Positions 1 through 12,362 of a DNA stretch of 64,000 nucleotides are shown piece by piece (position 1 is the stretch's first letter; each line of letters opens with the position of its first letter). A model generated the notes under the pieces. It was not told where the DNA came from. It saw only the letters and a list, made by a program, of their open reading frames with translations, and made no database searches. Source of the stretch: Cyanobacteria bacterium P01_D01_bin.50 (GTDB lineage Bacteria > Cyanobacteriota > Cyanobacteriia > Cyanobacteriales > Nostocaceae); assembly GCA_039200565.1 (NCBI GenBank), contig JBCCSG010000001.1:4249-68248 (forward strand), read 5' to 3'. Both the position numbers and the translations under genes were made by a program.

Positions 1-695
1 AAAATTAAATCGTCAAAATCCAGAGCATTATTTTCAGCTAACTTATCTTGATAGCAACTGTAAACTTCTGCAATTACCCTTCCTTTATAATTTGGTTCTT
101 CCCGTTCATATTCTTTCGGCGATAAACCCTGATTTTTCGCATTGCTGATAGTGTAGCGAACGGAACGGGGGTTAAATTTTTTATCGCTGAGATTTAACTG
201 CTTCGTAACAATTTCCTTAACTAAACTTTGAGCATCAGATTCATCAAAAATCGAAAAATTACGCTTCCAAGTCCGTCCTTTCTCATCAGAGTATTTATCA
301 ATATCAAATCGAAGAATGCGAGAAAGTAAACTATGAAAAGTACCGCACCACAAATCTTTGATAATATGCTTATAAACTTTCGATCTTAATTTTACTTGGT
401 CGTATTCAGGTAATAAATCGTAACGTTCCCCGAACTCCGTTAAAGCCATTTGTTCGGCGAATAACTTTTGAATTCGTTCTTTCATTTCCCGTGCGGCTTT
501 ATTAGTAAAAGTAACCGCCAGGATGTTTTCAGGATTTACCTTATGTTCGACAATTAAATTAGCAATGCGATAAGTTAACGCTCGTGTTTTGCCCGAACCC
601 GCACCAGCAACAACTAGCAAGGGACCGCAAAAATGTTCGACAGCGCGACGTTGATGGGGGTTGAGGTGACTTAGAGAGTCAATGGTTGTTGTCAT
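1..695 (-). CDS. UvrD/Rep/PcrA-family ATP-dependent DNA helicase, N-terminal ~231 aa (gene runs off the left edge)
   Basis: Absent from the ORF track because it is truncated by the window edge. My reverse-strand translation from the ATG at 693-695 gives MTTTIDSLSHLNPHQRRAVEHFCGPLLVVAGAGSGKTRALTYRIANLIVEHKVNPENILAVTFTNKAAREMKERI. This contains the SF1 helicase Q motif, Walker A (AGAGSGKT) and motif Ia (TFTNKAA). Confidence 0.9.
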   Translation of the reverse strand, partial: MTTTIDSLSHLNPHQRRAVEHFCGPLLVVAGAGSGKTRALTYRIANLIVEHKVNPENILAVTFTNKAAREMKERIQKLFAEQMALTEFGERYDLLPEYDQVKLRSKVYKHIIKDLWCGTFHSLLSRILRFDIDKYSDEKGRTWKRNFSIFDESDAQSLVKEIVTKQLNLSDKKFNPRSVRYTISNAKNQGLSPKEYEREEPNYKGRVIAEVYSCYQDKLAENNALDFDDLI

Positions 696-1439
696 GGAGA
701 TAGGCTAAGGGACTAAATACAAGTCGTAGCAATGCAGCAATATGCTTTTTTAGTTGCGTAAATAAGTAATTTGGCACAATGTAAACAAAATGTAAATATT
801 CATCAAACTATTGCGTTAGCCCAGCTTGGACCAAAAGCATATGCTTAGTTTCACTACGTTCCACTTGCTGTACACATACCTTGATTTTTCACGCTAACTT
901 ACTTACAACTTTATATTGCTAACTTTATAATCTTACCGAAATTTAACTGATTCAAATTATGATTATTTTGTAATTTGCTCGCTTGGGGGTAAAATAGTTA
1001 AAATTTATAAACTATAGGGTTTTATGGAGCAAACTATAGGCTTACTTTTTTGTCAGTAAAAATTAGTCTGAAAAAGATTTAGTGTTAAAGGAATAAAATT
1101 TTTACTGGATTTACGAACACCGCAGTCAAGGGTGCCCGTCAATTTTATTAAACCATAAAGGACTTGTTTGAAAGCGGTTATATTCGTGGTACCTTGATAG
1201 CAGCGAGAAACTTTGCGTTGCAAAAATAAACCAAGTACCCGATACATATTTTTCCTCTCTGACTTCCATCTACAACAAACAATATCATTTCTTCCTAGAA
1301 GACGGTTCGCCAATATAGAAATTCAATTCAAAGTTGCCGCTGAATTCACTTGGGCTGTTTCTAGGGAACCCTCATCATCGCGCCGTCATACATCAACCAA
1401 AACTCGTCTGCACGGTTACTATCGGCGATCGCTCGCCTC

Positions 1440-1931
1440 ATGCCCGTTAGCGTTACCCTAACAGCGAAGCAAGCTGTTCATTCATCAGGATGCGGCTTAC
1501 ATGCGAAACGTGCGGCGAGCGCCTGTCTGAAAGAAATAGGGCTTTACCCCAAGTTTTGGGGTTACCACTTTGTTTACGCTTTTTTCCCCGATTACGGAAT
1601 CCTTTGGAGCGCTGATGCCACATTTGGTCAAGAAAAATACAATTATTTCAAGCTCCTCAAAACCTCTGAAACAGAAAAGGAAATATTCTTACAGGGAGAA
1701 GATTCTTACCATCGCAAAACTTGTGCCCACGCTCGTATCGAAAACAAAACGCACAACTTGAAATTCGACACGAAAGCTTTGGCTACTTGGTCGAGCATAC
1801 TACGAAATCAAACATCGACTATGGAAAGTAACCTATGTTTAGAATACAAACCCGCAATTTTAGAAATAGAAGATGAACAAGTAAGGGAAGGAATTTGTTT
1901 AAAAGAATCTTGTTTTGGCACAATTACATAA
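1440..1931 (+). CDS. hypothetical protein
   Basis: 163-aa ORF between the helicase and nadB with no motif I recognise. The first ~40 codons lie in a locally GC-richer patch containing a HIP1 site, so the true start is uncertain. Confidence 0.3.
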   Translation: MPVSVTLTAKQAVHSSGCGLHAKRAASACLKEIGLYPKFWGYHFVYAFFPDYGILWSADATFGQEKYNYFKLLKTSETEKEIFLQGEDSYHRKTCAHARIENKTHNLKFDTKALATWSSILRNQTSTMESNLCLEYKPAILEIEDEQVREGICLKESCFGTIT

Positions 1932-2038
1932 ATAGATTTTCGCCAGTTTTAGATACCCACGAACCAGGAAAACCATAACGCTCCTTATCCTTATTGTCAG
2001 CTCAAATCACCACCTTACTCCCACCTTTTTGAAGTCAT

Positions 2039-3733
2039 ATGACCTTGTTACACTCACAATCTTCTCAAGAAATGAACCAATTTGACGTTATAATAGTTGG
2101 TTCTGGTGCGGCAGGGTTATATTCTGCCCTTTGTCTACCCTCTCATTTACAGGTTGCTATAGTTACCAAAGAGACTATCAAGACAGGTTCTAGCAGTTGG
2201 GCTCAGGGAGGTGTTGCAGCGGCGATCGCTCCTGATGATTCCCCCAAATTTCATCTTGAAGATACCTTAAAAGCTGGGGCTGGATTATGCGACTCCCAAG
2301 CAGTAGCATTTTTAGTGGAAAATGCTGCAACTTCTATTGAGTCTTTACTAAAAATTGGAGTAGCCTTTGATCGTCACGGACAAAACTTAGCTTTTACTAA
2401 AGAAGCTGCCCATTCTCATTCGAGGGTACTTCATACTGCTGATACTACAGGTCGAACCATAATCAATACTATCACTGCAAGAGTTATAGAACGCCCTAAT
2501 ATTCAGATTTTATCTCAAGCATTTGTCTTGAGTTTATGGAAGACTGGATCTCGCATTCAAGGAGTTAGTCTTCTGTATGATAATCAAATTATTTGGATAA
2601 AAGCTTCAGCAGTAATTTTAGCTACAGGTGGTGGCGGAAAAGTATACGCCCATACAACTAATCCTCAAGTAAGTACGGGAGATGGTGTAGCATTAGCTTG
2701 GCGGAGTGGAGCAATTGTTAGGGATTTAGAGTTTTTCCAATTCCATCCCACAGGATTAAATAAAGAAAATGCACCTCATTTTCTAATTAGTGAAGCAGTC
2801 AGGGGAGAAGGAGCGCATTTAGTAGATAGCTCTGGATATCGCTTTGCTTTTGATTATCATCCAGATGGAGAATTAGCCCCAAGAGATGTAGTCAGTCGAG
2901 CAATTTTTGACCATCTCGAAAGTAATACTAGTGATGCTTTTGGGAGGAATGTTTATTTAGACTTACGCCCAATTCCTACCGAGCGTATCAATTATCGCTT
3001 TCCTAATATCATTCAAGTTTGCCAAAATTACGGTATCGATCCACACTCCGAGCCTATTCCTGTGGCTCCTGCTGCTCACTACTGGATGGGAGGAATCGCT
3101 ACAGATTTGCAGGGACAAACTTCTATCCCTGGTTTATATGCGATTGGAGAAACTGCAAGTACAGGAGTTCATGGAGCTAATCGTTTGGCGAGTAATTCCT
3201 TGCTGGAGTGCTTAGTATTTGCCGCTCAACTATCCCAAATAGAAATTGATAACAATAGTTTTGTCACTAGCTCTATCACCTCTACTGATGAATCAAGAAC
3301 CTGGGATAATGAAACAGAAGCAATTTTAGCAATCAGAACTAGTTTACCAGAATTAATGTGGCACAATGCTGGAATTTCTCGTTGTGAAGAATTATTAGAA
3401 CAAGCGAAAGCGAGAGTCAGTTTCTTTAAGGAGAAGTTAACAAATACAGATATTGGTAAGTATTTGCTTAAATTAGTCCCCGATAAAACGATAAAATTTC
3501 AATCTCCCAATGCAGAAAAACAATTGCGGCTTGCCGCCGAAACTCTCAATCTTATTGATGCTAGTTATTTAATTCTTAAAAGTGCTGCTTGGCGTAAAGA
3601 AAGCAGAGGTGGACATTACCGTAGAGATTATCCTCAAACTTCTGAAGATTGGCAAGTTCACACTTTAATTCAAGATAACCGTATCTACTCCTCATCTCCA
3701 CTTACTTCAAATTTAGTCGATAATGTTGCTTAA
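2039..3733 (+). CDS. nadB: L-aspartate oxidase
   Basis: 564 aa. N-terminal FAD dinucleotide fold FDVIIVGSGAAGLYSAL, plus the SEAVRGEGAHLVD and HGANRLASNSLLE blocks typical of NadB/succinate-dehydrogenase flavoprotein family members of this length. Confidence 0.95.
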   Translation: MTLLHSQSSQEMNQFDVIIVGSGAAGLYSALCLPSHLQVAIVTKETIKTGSSSWAQGGVAAAIAPDDSPKFHLEDTLKAGAGLCDSQAVAFLVENAATSIESLLKIGVAFDRHGQNLAFTKEAAHSHSRVLHTADTTGRTIINTITARVIERPNIQILSQAFVLSLWKTGSRIQGVSLLYDNQIIWIKASAVILATGGGGKVYAHTTNPQVSTGDGVALAWRSGAIVRDLEFFQFHPTGLNKENAPHFLISEAVRGEGAHLVDSSGYRFAFDYHPDGELAPRDVVSRAIFDHLESNTSDAFGRNVYLDLRPIPTERINYRFPNIIQVCQNYGIDPHSEPIPVAPAAHYWMGGIATDLQGQTSIPGLYAIGETASTGVHGANRLASNSLLECLVFAAQLSQIEIDNNSFVTSSITSTDESRTWDNETEAILAIRTSLPELMWHNAGISRCEELLEQAKARVSFFKEKLTNTDIGKYLLKLVPDKTIKFQSPNAEKQLRLAAETLNLIDASYLILKSAAWRKESRGGHYRRDYPQTSEDWQVHTLIQDNRIYSSSPLTSNLVDNVA

Positions 3734-3794
3734 ATAGGACTTGGTGAAAAACCCTAAAAACCTAAAATAGACTAATAAATTGATTTTTTTGATT

Positions 3795-4631
3795 TTAATC
3801 GTGAAAAAGCTTGTTAATAATCATATTAAAAATATGATAAAACTTCTTTTTTGCTACTTCAAATTCTATTACATCGTACCTAGGAGGTTCTAATTTGTCC
3901 AATTGATTATCTTTTAAATAAACATGGTAGTGAACTTCAATCTGGAGACTTTCTACCTCAGGTATCTGACCGTAATATTTTGTAATATATCCCCCTGTAA
4001 AGGTTTTATTCCTAACTACTTGGAAACCTTGACGGGCACCCATCAGATTTTTTTTATAAGAAAAAAATTCTGATGGGAAACCTTGACTAGCAAAGCATTT
4101 TTCAACAGTTGTAATTAATAACTCCGAACAAGTTTTATTGTTTACGTTACCCAAACATATATCATCATTCATTAATCCTAAAAAACTATGTAAATCCAAA
4201 AGATAAACTTTACCAAATTCTTCAATTTTTTCTTGAAGAAGTAATTTTAGTTGATGATGATAAGGAAGATAGTATTTTTCAATTCGTTGTTGTATATGTT
4301 TTAAAGTAGGTTTATGTTGATAAATCTGTTGATTTAATGCTGTCTTTTCTGGAATAACCGAAGACCAAAAAGATCCGAATAAAGGTTCATTTACTTGACG
4401 ATTTAAATCAACAACATATCTATTATGAGTAGCTTGTAAAACTGTAATACCTAAACTGGGAAGAAAATCGTAAAGTCGATGGAGATGCCAATCACTGTAA
4501 GGTAGAGAATTTAGATGTTCTGTTGTAAATTGAGCCGCAATATCATCCGGTACAAATAAGCCGCTATGAGGAATATTGGCGACTAATGGTAATGCCTTGA
4601 TTGTAGGTCGATAAATATTAAATAATTCCAT
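3795..4631 (-). CDS. N-formylglutamate amidohydrolase (FGase) family protein
   Basis: 278 aa. N-terminal IPHSGLFVPDD and central LLDLHS blocks resemble the FGase/HutG-like zinc amidohydrolase family. The call rests on motif recollection only. Confidence 0.65.
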   Translation of the reverse strand: MELFNIYRPTIKALPLVANIPHSGLFVPDDIAAQFTTEHLNSLPYSDWHLHRLYDFLPSLGITVLQATHNRYVVDLNRQVNEPLFGSFWSSVIPEKTALNQQIYQHKPTLKHIQQRIEKYYLPYHHQLKLLLQEKIEEFGKVYLLDLHSFLGLMNDDICLGNVNNKTCSELLITTVEKCFASQGFPSEFFSYKKNLMGARQGFQVVRNKTFTGGYITKYYGQIPEVESLQIEVHYHVYLKDNQLDKLEPPRYDVIEFEVAKKKFYHIFNMIINKLFHD

Positions 4632-4766
4632 TAAATAGATCCATTAAGGCAAGCGATAATTGTTTATTGATAACTTGAACCCTGATGAAGCTCACCCTTT
4701 ATCATCAGATACTAAACTTAACAGAATTAACTTCAAGAAAATTGATGAACCGCATCCTTCGGGTGA

Positions 4767-6524
4767 TTACCTATCGCTGATTACCGGTAACTGAACAGTG
4801 AATGTAGAACCAACTTCTAATTCACTTTGAACCTTAATATCACCACCCATCATCTGGCAAAAATGGCGAGTAATCGCTAATCCTAATCCCGTTCCACCAT
4901 ATTTTTTGGTGGTAGAAGCATCGCCTTGGGTAAATGGTTTAAATAACTGCTTTAATTGACAATCGGACATGCCAATACCGGTATCTTTAACGACAAAAGT
5001 AATTATTTCACCGGTCACATTCGCTATAGTATTTTTTTGCCGTTTAATATTGAGAGTAATCCTACCATTTTTCGTAAACTTCGCGGCATTGCTTAGCAAA
5101 TTTAAAAGTATCTGTCTTACTCTTGTTTGATCGGCATACATAGTACCGAGTTCTTCATCGTAATCAATTTCTAAGGAACTACCATTTTTCTCTATGGTTG
5201 GCTTAATGGTAAGAACGAGATTGTTTATTAGCGACAATACCTCAAATGTCTCTGGATAAAGAGTCATTTTGCCTGCTTCAATTTTAGATAAGTCGAGGAT
5301 GTCGTTGATTAGTTCTAGTAAGTGTTTCCCTGCTGTATTAATTGTTTCAAGATCGATACTAAAATCTCCTCCTACACCTAAATCGGCTGCATCTTCTTGT
5401 AAAAGCTGACTTAAGCCAATTATGGCATTCAAAGGTGTGCGTAACTCGTGGCTAACGTTTGCTAAAAATTGGCTTTTTGTTTTACTGGCAGCTTCTGCTA
5501 ATTCTTTAGCTTGTTCTAATTGTTTGGTTCTTTGCGATACTCTTTCAATCAACCTATTAAGTGATTTTGCTAGTAATCCGATTTCATCTTCGGTTGTAAC
5601 TGGAGCGCGTAAATCGAAATTAGATTTGCGAGCAACTTGTTCGGCGACTTGAGTTACAACTACTACAGGTTCGGCTATAGCCCGGGAAGTTCTCCACGCC
5701 ACCACAACAGCGATCGCCACTGAAAGCAGCATACTGGCGACAACAATTGATCTTTCGATTCCTTTGGAAAATTCTAAATCTTTTGCTCTCTGAGATTCTT
5801 GCAATTCGGCACTTTGCAGAATATTATTTAATTTCTTAGATAACTCTTCTAAACGCATGGCCGATTGAGAGCGGGTAAGTTGCAACAATTGTTTTTGTAC
5901 TGAAGATGGTTGAGAAAGCCTTTTTTGCTTCTCTACTTGCTGTAAAATTAGGTTTAGTTGTTGCGTATAAGACTCTAAGTTAATCTCGTAATTGCGCAAT
6001 AATGTTTGAAAAGTAGCTTCAGTCGCTGCTAACTTTCCAGGTTTGCTGCTAATAAATTCTGAGATTTGAACTTCTACATCTTTAATTTTATTAACACTTT
6101 CATCAAACTCGTCTTTTTTACGAAAAAGCTGGTGCGGTTGTTCTACTAGGGCAGCCAAACCATAACTGTGTAATTGTACTTCCGTAGCAGCATCTTTATA
6201 ATTCGCCAACATTTGTGTTTGATATTTGGCATGATTAAATTGTCTTATTTCTCTTGTACGGTAGTAGTTAGCAATTACTAATCCAACAAGGGAACCAAAA
6301 AAACCAATTCCAATGGCTGCAAAATATCCGCAACCAATTTTTTGATGGATACGCCTAGAACTAGCTTTAAGTTTCCCGCTTGAAGGAAATTCTAAAGTAG
6401 GCAGTTCGTCATTTGAGGGCACATCTTCTGACACTTCTTTATTTTGTGAACTCCTCTCACCTGCGGTTGGCTTTTGAATTTGCATCCGGAGAATCTCCTT
6501 ACCCTCCCGCCGCAATTGATGCAT
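4767..6524 (-). CDS. membrane sensor histidine kinase (2 TM, long coiled periplasmic/linker region, HAMP, HisKA, HATPase_c); no adjacent response regulator
   Basis: H-box SHELRTPLNAIIG, N-box LLSNAAKFT and G-boxes DTGIGM / GGTGLGLAITRHF. There is a HAMP-like segment after the second TM. The annotated ATG (6522-6524) abuts a palindromic repeat element, so the internal ATG at 6483-6485 (MQIQKPTAG...) may be the true start. Confidence 0.9.
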   Translation of the reverse strand: MHQLRREGKEILRMQIQKPTAGERSSQNKEVSEDVPSNDELPTLEFPSSGKLKASSRRIHQKIGCGYFAAIGIGFFGSLVGLVIANYYRTREIRQFNHAKYQTQMLANYKDAATEVQLHSYGLAALVEQPHQLFRKKDEFDESVNKIKDVEVQISEFISSKPGKLAATEATFQTLLRNYEINLESYTQQLNLILQQVEKQKRLSQPSSVQKQLLQLTRSQSAMRLEELSKKLNNILQSAELQESQRAKDLEFSKGIERSIVVASMLLSVAIAVVVAWRTSRAIAEPVVVVTQVAEQVARKSNFDLRAPVTTEDEIGLLAKSLNRLIERVSQRTKQLEQAKELAEAASKTKSQFLANVSHELRTPLNAIIGLSQLLQEDAADLGVGGDFSIDLETINTAGKHLLELINDILDLSKIEAGKMTLYPETFEVLSLINNLVLTIKPTIEKNGSSLEIDYDEELGTMYADQTRVRQILLNLLSNAAKFTKNGRITLNIKRQKNTIANVTGEIITFVVKDTGIGMSDCQLKQLFKPFTQGDASTTKKYGGTGLGLAITRHFCQMMGGDIKVQSELEVGSTFTVQLPVISDR

Positions 6525-6526
6525 TA

Positions 6527-6583
6527 GTCAAGGGTTCCCTTAAAAGTTTTTTTGAAGAAAAAATTTTTAAGGCTGCCCGTCAA
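6527..6583. repeat. palindromic insertion element, copy D (GTCAA-GGGTTCCC-[palindrome]-GGCTGCCC-GTCAA)
   Basis: gtcaagggttcccttaaaagtttttttgaagaaaaaatttttaaggctgcccgtcaa. It has the same flanks and architecture as the copies at 52402, 53850 and 58274. Confidence 0.8.
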
Positions 6584-6738
6584 GGCGGTCAAATTAGATC
6601 GATACACTAGTTACTAGTAATCATCTTCTTTTATAACAGTTAGCAAAGTCTAATCGCTACATGCTTTGCATGAGCTTTATGATATTCAAGTAATGTTGCC
6701 TTAAAAACTTAACATATTTTGATTGTTACTGGTTGTGG

Positions 6739-6782
6739 CAAAAAAAGTGAGGAGTTACTTTCCCAAAAAGAGTGCTCCTCAC
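6739..6782 (-). terminator. probable intrinsic terminator of metK
   Basis: On the minus strand, GTGAGGAG (6782-6775) pairs with CTCCTCAC (6754-6747) as an 8-bp stem. A run of 7 U follows (A-run 6740-6746 on the plus strand). It lies ~90 nt after the metK stop. The loop is long (~20 nt). Confidence 0.55.
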
Positions 6783-6868
6783 TTACCGTTTAAGATTAAA
6801 ATTACTTTGATTTCCTCTTTCTTAGGAAAAGACAGCTACCCGTCCATTAAAAACGGGGCAATCTTCTT

Positions 6869-8158
6869 TTAGGAAAGACTCAAAGCTTTGGTTGAATTTG
6901 GTATTGCTGTGGAATTCAATTCGCTTGCTGCTTGCTTTAACAACTGAGCTTTATCAGTACGTTCCCAAGGTAAGTCTAAATCATCACGTCCGAAATGACC
7001 GTAAGCTGCGACGTCCTGGTAAAAACGTCCGCCTCGTTCATTTGGTAATTTACGTAAGTTGAAGGCATGTATAATACCTGCGGGACGCAGTTCAAAGTGC
7101 TCTTCCACTAATTTCAACAAAGTTTGTTCGTCAACCTTACCCGTACCAAAGGTTTCGATCATGATGCTTACTGGACGTGCTACACCAATGGCATAACTAA
7201 GCTGCACTTCGCACTTTTCTGCTAAACCAGCAGCAACGATATTTTTCGCCACATAACGACAAGCATAAGCGGCGCTACGGTCTACTTTTGTGGGATCTTT
7301 TCCGGAAAAAGCTCCACCACCATGCCGAGAATAACCGCCGTAGGTATCGACAATAATTTTGCGTCCAGTCAGGCCTGAATCTCCTTGAGGTCCACCAATC
7401 ACAAATTTACCGGTGGGGTTAACCAAAAAGCGGGTTTGCTCATCTGGCTTAATGTCAATATCCCCAAATACAGGTTCTACTACAGAAGTCCACAAGTCTT
7501 GCTTGATTTTTTCTTGTACCCCTGCTTCATCCCTAATATCGCCGATACTAGGAGCGTGCTGGGTAGAAATCAAAATAGTGTCAATACCCACGGGTTTGCC
7601 ATCTTCATAGGCAATACTGACCTGAGTTTTACCGTCGGGACGTAGATAAGCCAATTCACCCGTCTTCCGAACTGCTGAGAGTCGGCGAGCGATCCGGTGA
7701 GCAAGACTGATGGGCAAGGGCATTAATTCGGGAGTTTCGTCACAAGCGAAGCCGAACATGAGACCTTGGTCGCCAGCACCAATTTTATCGAATTGTTCTT
7801 CGCTGGACTCTGTGCGGCTTTCTTGAGCGGTGTTAACGCCTTGAGCGATATCCGCTGATTGTTCGTCCAAAGCTACCAAAACTGAGCAGCTATTAGAACA
7901 GAAACCATTTACAGCATCGGTATAACCAATCTCAGCTATTTTCTTTCTAGCGAGATTCATATAGTTGACGCTTGCCTTACTGGTTATTTCGCCAGTAATC
8001 AGCACTAGACCAGTGTTGACAACAACTTCAGCAGCAACGCGGCTTGTAGGATCTTGTTCGAGCAAAGCATCCAAAATAGTGTCGGAAATCTGGTCGCAGA
8101 TTTTATCTGGATGACCCTCGGTCACTGACTCGGAGGTAAATAGATAGCGACGAGTCAA
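6869..8158 (-). CDS. metK: S-adenosylmethionine synthetase
   Basis: 429 aa. Contains [24 protein letters not shown] and [16 protein letters not shown], which are canonical MetK signature blocks. Confidence 0.97.
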   Translation of the reverse strand: MTRRYLFTSESVTEGHPDKICDQISDTILDALLEQDPTSRVAAEVVVNTGLVLITGEITSKASVNYMNLARKKIAEIGYTDAVNGFCSNSCSVLVALDEQSADIAQGVNTAQESRTESSEEQFDKIGAGDQGLMFGFACDETPELMPLPISLAHRIARRLSAVRKTGELAYLRPDGKTQVSIAYEDGKPVGIDTILISTQHAPSIGDIRDEAGVQEKIKQDLWTSVVEPVFGDIDIKPDEQTRFLVNPTGKFVIGGPQGDSGLTGRKIIVDTYGGYSRHGGGAFSGKDPTKVDRSAAYACRYVAKNIVAAGLAEKCEVQLSYAIGVARPVSIMIETFGTGKVDEQTLLKLVEEHFELRPAGIIHAFNLRKLPNERGGRFYQDVAAYGHFGRDDLDLPWERTDKAQLLKQAASELNSTAIPNSTKALSLS

Positions 8159-8460
8159 ATTCAGTTCCTCCTTAAAGAGTATTAAGACCTAATTTATGCA
8201 AGCATTTTATTAAGTCACTTTAATCTGCAATCATACCAATATTTTTGCAATTAACGATGAATGCTAAGTTAATTTTTTCAAACTCATATAGTTATCATAA
8301 CTATCTTGAAAATAAATGATTTTTTTGCTACTTGCTTTATTTAATACAATTTATTTCAATATTTTTTATTTATTACTTACACTGAAAAAGGACACCACAT
8401 GGATGCCCTAATAAAAATAACTATGATTTTCAAAAATTGTCCTAACTTTTAAAGACTTAT

Positions 8461-9465
8461 TTAAACTTCAACTGCCATTTTCGCTTCTGCCTGTGTCAAA
8501 CGTTCGTATGCAGCACGCATTTTCAAACCAGTCAATACTTGGAATAAACCCGTTCCGTTATTGGAACCAGGATATTCGCGGTGCTGAAGTAGCAAATGAG
8601 TCATCTCTCCCTGATACTTCGTCGATGTTTTACTCAAATGCGTCTCAATATAAATTACTTCATCGAGGTTATCAAATTGACCGTCAACCTCTAATACGGA
8701 AACATAGCGACCGTAGTATACATCAGAACCATAGTACATTTGCATACCAGGGTAAGAACAAGTCAGCTTACGTCCGCAAGGAGTCCACTGAATGGTTGAA
8801 CCTTCATCAAACAGATAAACTGGTTCAAAACCTTCCTTACCTTCCCGTTGCAACATACGTACTCGTAGTACTTTGCGCTCTTTATCTTCTTTAATCAAGT
8901 TGGTTGGTAATACTTGAAGAACTACATCAGCATATTCTCTTTGCGGTTCAATGTAGTTTTGGAAATCAGGTTTGCGGGAATTAATCGCAGCCAAGACATC
9001 CTCATAACGGTGACCCCTTTCTGCCATATCACGTTGGATTTTCCAGGCTATTTTGACTTCATCGCTAATATCCAAATATACGCTGAAATCAACTAAAGAA
9101 CGTACCCGTTCATCATATAGAGGATGCAATCCTTCTATTACAATTATATGATTTGGCTCTATTCTTTCAGGGGGGTCAATTTCGCCTGTTTCATGGTTGT
9201 AAATAGGTTTATCAATTGCTTGACCTTCTTTAAGAGCTTTCATTTGCTCGTACATCAAGTCAAAGTTGTTCGCTCTTGGATCTAGCGCCGTTATACCTGT
9301 TTCTTTACGCTGCTTGCGATCTAAACTATGATAATCATCTAAACAGATGACCGTCATGAATTCTTCCCCGAACAAATCAATTAGGCGACGCAAAAACGTA
9401 GATTTACCGCATCCAGAGTCTCCAGCAACTCCAATCATTACAATGCGATCTGGCTTATTTGTCAT
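8461..9465 (-). CDS. prk: phosphoribulokinase
   Basis: 334 aa. P-loop GVAGDSGCGKSTF, with the length and overall sequence typical of cyanobacterial/plant-type PRK. Confidence 0.93.
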   Translation of the reverse strand: MTNKPDRIVMIGVAGDSGCGKSTFLRRLIDLFGEEFMTVICLDDYHSLDRKQRKETGITALDPRANNFDLMYEQMKALKEGQAIDKPIYNHETGEIDPPERIEPNHIIVIEGLHPLYDERVRSLVDFSVYLDISDEVKIAWKIQRDMAERGHRYEDVLAAINSRKPDFQNYIEPQREYADVVLQVLPTNLIKEDKERKVLRVRMLQREGKEGFEPVYLFDEGSTIQWTPCGRKLTCSYPGMQMYYGSDVYYGRYVSVLEVDGQFDNLDEVIYIETHLSKTSTKYQGEMTHLLLQHREYPGSNNGTGLFQVLTGLKMRAAYERLTQAEAKMAVEV

Positions 9466-10972
9466 AAATCCCCTCTAATTAGTTTCTAAAGATGACTGAA
9501 TCAATATTTTTTTTACACAGATTTATTCCAGGTCAGGAGTTCCCTATCGGTTACCCTGCGTTCTTGCTACATAGCATCAATTTACAAAAACTAACGGGTA
9601 AGTAACCATTCCGCTACTTGATCCCCGCCTTGTTAGTCGAGATTCATTGATGTAAGTATTTAATCCTAGCGATATTTGGGATTGTAACAGAAGGGAGGTA
9701 TCATATACAAGTTTTATCCCCTGAATGATAATCTTATCCAGGTGAGCTTGGAATTACTAATATTTGTTTAGTGATTAAAAAGTTATTGCCAGCGTGTTGA
9801 ATTTTAAATTTCTCTTCACATACACTTTATTGAACTATTCGTTATTCTTTAACTGATAATTGTATCATTTTTGGGTTAGTATCTCACTGCGATCGCCACC
9901 TCAAATACAATATTTATCATGCCTTTAATTTGCCTTTTACAAGTCTTGCTTGTCAACCATTATTAAAAAAATGTATATTATACTATAATATAATCTCATT
10001 AGCAGATTTTTAATTGAACAATAATTACCGCTTTTTGGTTTTTCTTTTAAGAAACCACTACCTCCGCCAACAATAATATTGATTCAGGTTGACAGATGTT
10101 TCACATCACGTAAAACTTATAAATAATCATTATAGATTCCATACTTACCTACAGATTGCGGAAGATGTAAAATTAGGCAGGTACTTTTAAATACCGTTAA
10201 AAGGTAAAATAAAGTAAGTCAATAAAAGGCAATAAAACTGACTCGAGGACTCAGAGAAAGTATATGGTCAAAACTCAATTATCTCGCGCCTTTGGTGCTG
10301 GTAATGAAGAGTTTCGAGGAATATCACTCCGCCTTAATAAGGGTAAGGAATCTAGCAGTGGAGTTAAGCCTGTTGAAGTTGTTCTAAGCAATACTGGCGA
10401 GTCTGAGAATATTTTTCTGTTTTCCGAGCAGGAAGCGGTCAAATAACCTTTAATCGCCGATAAAATGTAGCTACATGGGTGCTTTGCTACGGTAGTAGCT
10501 GTAAAAAAGTTAAATTGTAATTGTCAATGTTCTTTTCAATTGAGTTGAGAGCAGTTTTGTTGTACATCAGTATAGAAAGGTGAGAATAGCAATATTTAAA
10601 TAAGTGAAAGAAGTCTTCCTAGAAAGGAACATATTTTTCTGTGACAATTTATTATCAATACTGATAGACCTAGGCGGCGATTGTTTGCTGGACTTCGGAA
10701 AATGCAAGCAATCTTCCGTCAAATGAAAAAGAAAAAATTAAATTGATTCATTATTAACATTCTGCGAACAATTTATCATCTACTTTAGAAGGTGAACAGG
10801 TGTGTCTTTAACTAACCCTAAGCTGACTAAAGTGAGTGTAAGCAGTAATACTGAAATACTGATGGCTATATTTATGCCACTTTCCCAGGTCGCGGTTCTG
10901 TTGGTGTACCCAAACTCGGTAAACTAGGGCAGGCTGCATTTTTGGGAAAGGTTTTTGAAAAGGGTTAAGTAA

Positions 10973-12274
<1,302 letters not shown>

Positions 12275-12330
12275 TAGAAGTTGTTAGTCATAATACACAT
12301 TGACTTCTGACTTTTGATACAACATGATTA

Positions 12331-12360
12331 GGTAGGGTGTATTGCCCTACCTATATTATT
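12331..12360 (+). terminator. probable intrinsic terminator of petH
   Basis: GGTAGGG (12331-12337), loop tgtattg, CCCTACC (12345-12351), followed by the T-rich tatattattt. It overlaps the TTG start proposed by the ORF track for the next gene. Confidence 0.55.
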
Positions 12361-12362
12361 TA

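Noticed and set aside
1053-1461. Overlapping 86-aa (minus) and 82-aa (plus) ORFs upstream of the hypothetical gene
   Set aside because: They have no recognisable motifs and overlap each other, and one contains an unoccupied copy of the 18-nt dispersed-repeat host motif. They are most likely non-coding spacer. I also looked for tmRNA, RNase P or tRNA-like sequence here and recognised none.
8493-9096. 133-aa and 60-aa plus-strand ORFs inside prk (similar antisense ORFs lie inside metK, the histidine kinase gene, uvrA, the S8 peptidase gene, ycf46 and the PG-binding protein genes)
   Set aside because: They are antisense to highly conserved, motif-rich genes and have no independent support.
10181-10194. 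Perfect GTA-N8-TAC (gtacttttaaatac) in the prk-petH spacer as an NtcA site
   Set aside because: It lies 800 nt upstream of the petH ATG, the only TAN3T box nearby is 10 nt away (wrong spacing), and the motif is expected by chance several times in this window.
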